This document shows, piece after piece, positions 53,504 to 57,152 of a stretch of 57,152 bases of DNA. The stretch is from Octopus bimaculoides (lineage: Eukaryota): positions 126,776,805 to 126,833,956 of the forward strand of contig NC_068983.1 in NCBI RefSeq assembly GCF_001194135.2, read 5' to 3'. The notes under the pieces were generated by a model. The model was not told the origin of the DNA, did no database searches, and was given only the letters and a program-made list of their open reading frames with translations. The position numbers and the translations under genes are program-made. The number at the start of each line of letters is the position of its first letter. The stretch's first letter is position 1.

Positions 53504-54311
53504 CAGACGTATATATGAATCTATATATATATATATGTACATACTCATTCACAAACATATCTTGCGTAAACTGGAGACAATAGGATAGAATTAATTCTAT
53601 TGAATTATGAATTTTGTAGTCATGCAATTATATATCTCTACTAGTTGAGTATTTTAAAATAAATTTTCCTATTGAAATTTTCGAATAAATACATTACCAT
53701 TTCCTACACTTTCTGTTGAGTAACACATGTGAAATTTATTCAGCTTGACTAAACACATTTCAGCAAATTATACATAACAAGAAACAGTTTGTAGTATTGG
53801 ATACTTCATGAGGAAACATTAATATGCACACGAAGAGGTAGAGTGAAACAGTTGCATTACAATTTTAAACAAAACCAAGCTCCTCTATAATCATACTTTC
53901 CGTTGAGCAGTATACATAAAAGTAGTCTACCTCCGGTGAACAAATGTCCCTCTTTCTGAACTGTCATCAAAGTGATACACACTAGCCGTATATCTACTAC
54001 AGATCATGTAAAGTAATTTAACTTCTGTTAACTTTACCTTATAACATTTACTGTTAAGGCATTCAATTTCTTAAAATATTAATTCGGTTAATTTCTCGTA
54101 TCTTTGAACATTTTCATTAGATACCTACATTCAACGTTAATTCCTTAACCTTTACATCGTTACATTCATTGTAAGGTACCATAAGAATTATTTGTTACTA
54201 CTAAATTCTTGGGCGAGTACATCAGCCACAATACATATATGTTCATGTGAGCGTATGTGTGTATGTACTTATATCTATCTTTCTTTCTTTCCCTTTCTTG
54301 ATATGTATGTA

Positions 54312-54344
<33 letters not shown>

Positions 54345-54443
54345 NNNNNNNNNNNNNNNNNNNNNNNNNNNNNNNNNNNNNNNNNNNNNNNNNNNNNNNN
54401 NNNNNNNNNNNNNNNNNNNNNNNNNNNNNNNNNNNNNNNNNNN

Positions 54444-54507
<64 letters not shown>

Positions 54508-54903
54508 TTCGTCGCTTTGAGAACGCGACCTGTTCACTGACAAAATTCTGTGCTGCAACAATGTTGAAGTGAATTTAACGTATTTTGTGTGTTATTTTAA
54601 TTGGCTTATAAACACCTTCAACGCTGCAATTGTTTTCGTTCCAGCACACGATCTCAGATCAGGTCACTTGCTATGCAAGTGCATCTCCGTAATATATATA
54701 TATATATATATAGTGAATCCAAACAAAGAAGAACAAATAAGAAAAAAACAATAACGTGAGGACGTGGTACAAGTACTGTATTATAAGACGCTCAGGAACG
54801 TTTCGAGCATAGCTCTTCTACAGAAATAGAGGAAGCTCCAAAGAAATGGAAGATGGAGGAAGAAAAAATATATATATAATTCAATACGGTGCAAATATTT
54901 GCG

Positions 54904-55636
54904 CCGTATTGAAATTTTTTTCACACTGGTGGCTTCCATGATTTCGGCTCAAAACGAATCAGTTAAAGCGCAGACTTCGACACGACGGGTTGGGGTCACC
55001 ATCATGTGAAAGCGTGCTGATGGAGCTGAGGCTATTATGCCAGTGCAGAAACCGGTCCACGTGTATTCAAATACTTCAACGTATGCTGGGAGATTGTGTT
55101 AGCTTGTTTGCCTTCGGACGGTTGATTTCTGTAGTCATTATCAGTGTATTTTGGTAATTTAAATTATTCTCAGCAATAGATATGATATGTCTATTGATTA
55201 ATTTTAATTCTTCAGTATTTAATAATTTTGGCGGTGCTTTCATTCGCCTATATTGTTGATTCTGTTGCTATCGTGATATTGTCATTTTTAAATTGTTGCA
55301 CTATATAATAACATAGTCAATGATATCTTCTCAAATTATTTTTCAGGAATTTTTTTATCTCGTGAATTATTTCTCCGTATTGAAATTATTTTCACTCTGG
55401 TGGATGCCATAATTTCGGCGCAAAACAAATCAGTTGTAGTACAAACTTCAACAAGACGGGTTGAGGATCTTTATTATGGTAAGTCATGCTGAGGGATCTG
55501 AGGCTATTTCTTCAGTGCAGAAACCGGTCCACGTGAGTCCAAATACTTGAATGTACGTTGGGAGACTGTCTTAGCCCGTTTGCCTACGGACGGTCGATTT
55601 CTATAGTTATTATCAGTGTATTTTGGCGATTTAAGT
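54904..55636 (+). repeat. Two diverged ~260-bp direct repeats (54904-55164 and 55375-55636), period 471 bp
   Basis: Both begin ccgtattgaaatt, share cagtgcagaaaccggtccacgtg, and end attatcagtgtattttgg...attta. Confidence 0.85.
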
Positions 55637-55692
55637 AAGAGGTTCGACTGTTATTTCCAGCATTAGAGGTACTTACTATGTCCCTATATTAG

Positions 55693-55725
<33 letters not shown>

Positions 55726-55839
55726 AGATATACAAAACGCACACACAGACACACATATAGATAGATATTTCATTTATCTTTGTGTGTTCGAATGTGGTGT
55801 AGTGCATACCAGTGTGTGAGCTGTGTGTGTGTGTGTGTG

Positions 55840-55877
<38 letters not shown>

Positions 55878-56294
55878 AGTATGTAATCTTAATGATGTTA
55901 AGTCATTTGTACATGTTATTTCGCGAAATCTATTTTTGTGCTTCTTAATTCATTGTTGCGACGCACCTATTTATTGACTATATTTTATATAAGTATTTCC
56001 TTCTATTGTTAGCCTTCCTGTTTTCTCGTTGTTTGGAAGCCAAGTGATATTTTCTTCGTCTATATAATTTTCTATCTTTCCCTAACTCAGCCTCTAACAT
56101 TATATTAACTAACCCATTCATTTAATTCATTTATTTCACTAACACTCTGTATGTACACATACACATACAGAGAGAGAGAGAGAGAGAGAAAGACAGACAC
56201 ACACAGATACTCACATACATATACGAATGTATACACACACACACACAGACATATATATACATATATATATATACATACATACACACACACATAG

Positions 56295-56361
<67 letters not shown>

Positions 56362-57120
56362 CATATATATATATATATATATATGTACATATTCATAAGC
56401 CGAGTCAATCTGTTTATCATCTGTATCAAAGTCGGCATCTACTTTTCTCATTTCTCACCCTGCTTACCTACTAGCACATAGACATAACACTAGATTTATC
56501 TATTTATTCTTTACGTCCATAACATCCACTGTATCAGTTGCTCAATCCTTTTTAGCTTTCTTGATTTATCACGTTATATCAGTAGTTGCGACTGACAGAT
56601 ATTATTAGGAATCGAAAAAACCAATAGAAACATGATTTCCTTGCTTTGCTCGGTATCGACTGCCAGTTTGACACGTCTAATTTTACGAGCTTTTAAGAAT
56701 TTATCTAGATGCTTCTAATAGGAAATTTCTCCGTATATAATGGCATTAGTTAAACAGTAGATACTCCATATTTAGTAGACCACGTTAGGGAATAATGCCA
56801 AACAAATTCGCACTTTGCGAAGCACCCAGCAACAATACAGTATGGATATAGATAGGCAATAATGAACCCTACTGACAAGAACTAAAAATTTATAAGATAT
56901 AATACAAAATATAATATGTATAAGAACAAAACAAACGCATTGTCAGGAAATAATGAGATCAAGATATAAAGAAACACAATACATTATACGTGAATCAGCC
57001 AGTGTGATAACAAATTCAGTCAGTTGATGAAGTGATAGACTTCATGAATTAAGCTAATAAATTGCTCATGACTGAAACCACTCACGCGTCTTTTGGTCAC
57101 ATATTTCATACGATGCACGC

Positions 57121-57152
<32 letters not shown>

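Overview
AT-rich, microsatellite-saturated eukaryotic scaffold DNA with 13 assembly gaps. The SINE families and repeat density suggest a coleoid cephalopod, probably Octopus (inference from remembered consensus sequences). I found no convincing host protein-coding exon; the supplied ORFs are microsatellite or gap artefacts, or decayed TE fragments. The window is a mosaic of mobile elements. (1) Penelope-like retroelements (PLEs): a near-full-length, decayed Neptune-like copy at ~31.3-33.7 kb (RT, Cys linker, GIY-YIG), a second RT fragment at ~21.1-21.7 kb, and an internally inverted PLE remnant at 8.9-9.4 kb that carries a well-formed minimal hammerhead ribozyme motif. (2) RTE-clade LINE 3' fragments. 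(3) At least four tRNA-derived SINE families with swapped modules. (4) Two non-autonomous Helitrons, a Tc1-type transposase remnant, a hAT MITE, a piggyBac-type MITE and three long foldback elements. The best leads are the dispersed PLE-type hammerhead motifs, the SINE module swapping, the perfect-hairpin potential of the foldbacks, and an unexplained palindrome plus 471-bp-period repeat near 55 kb. All alignments and translations were done by eye, so boundaries are approximate.
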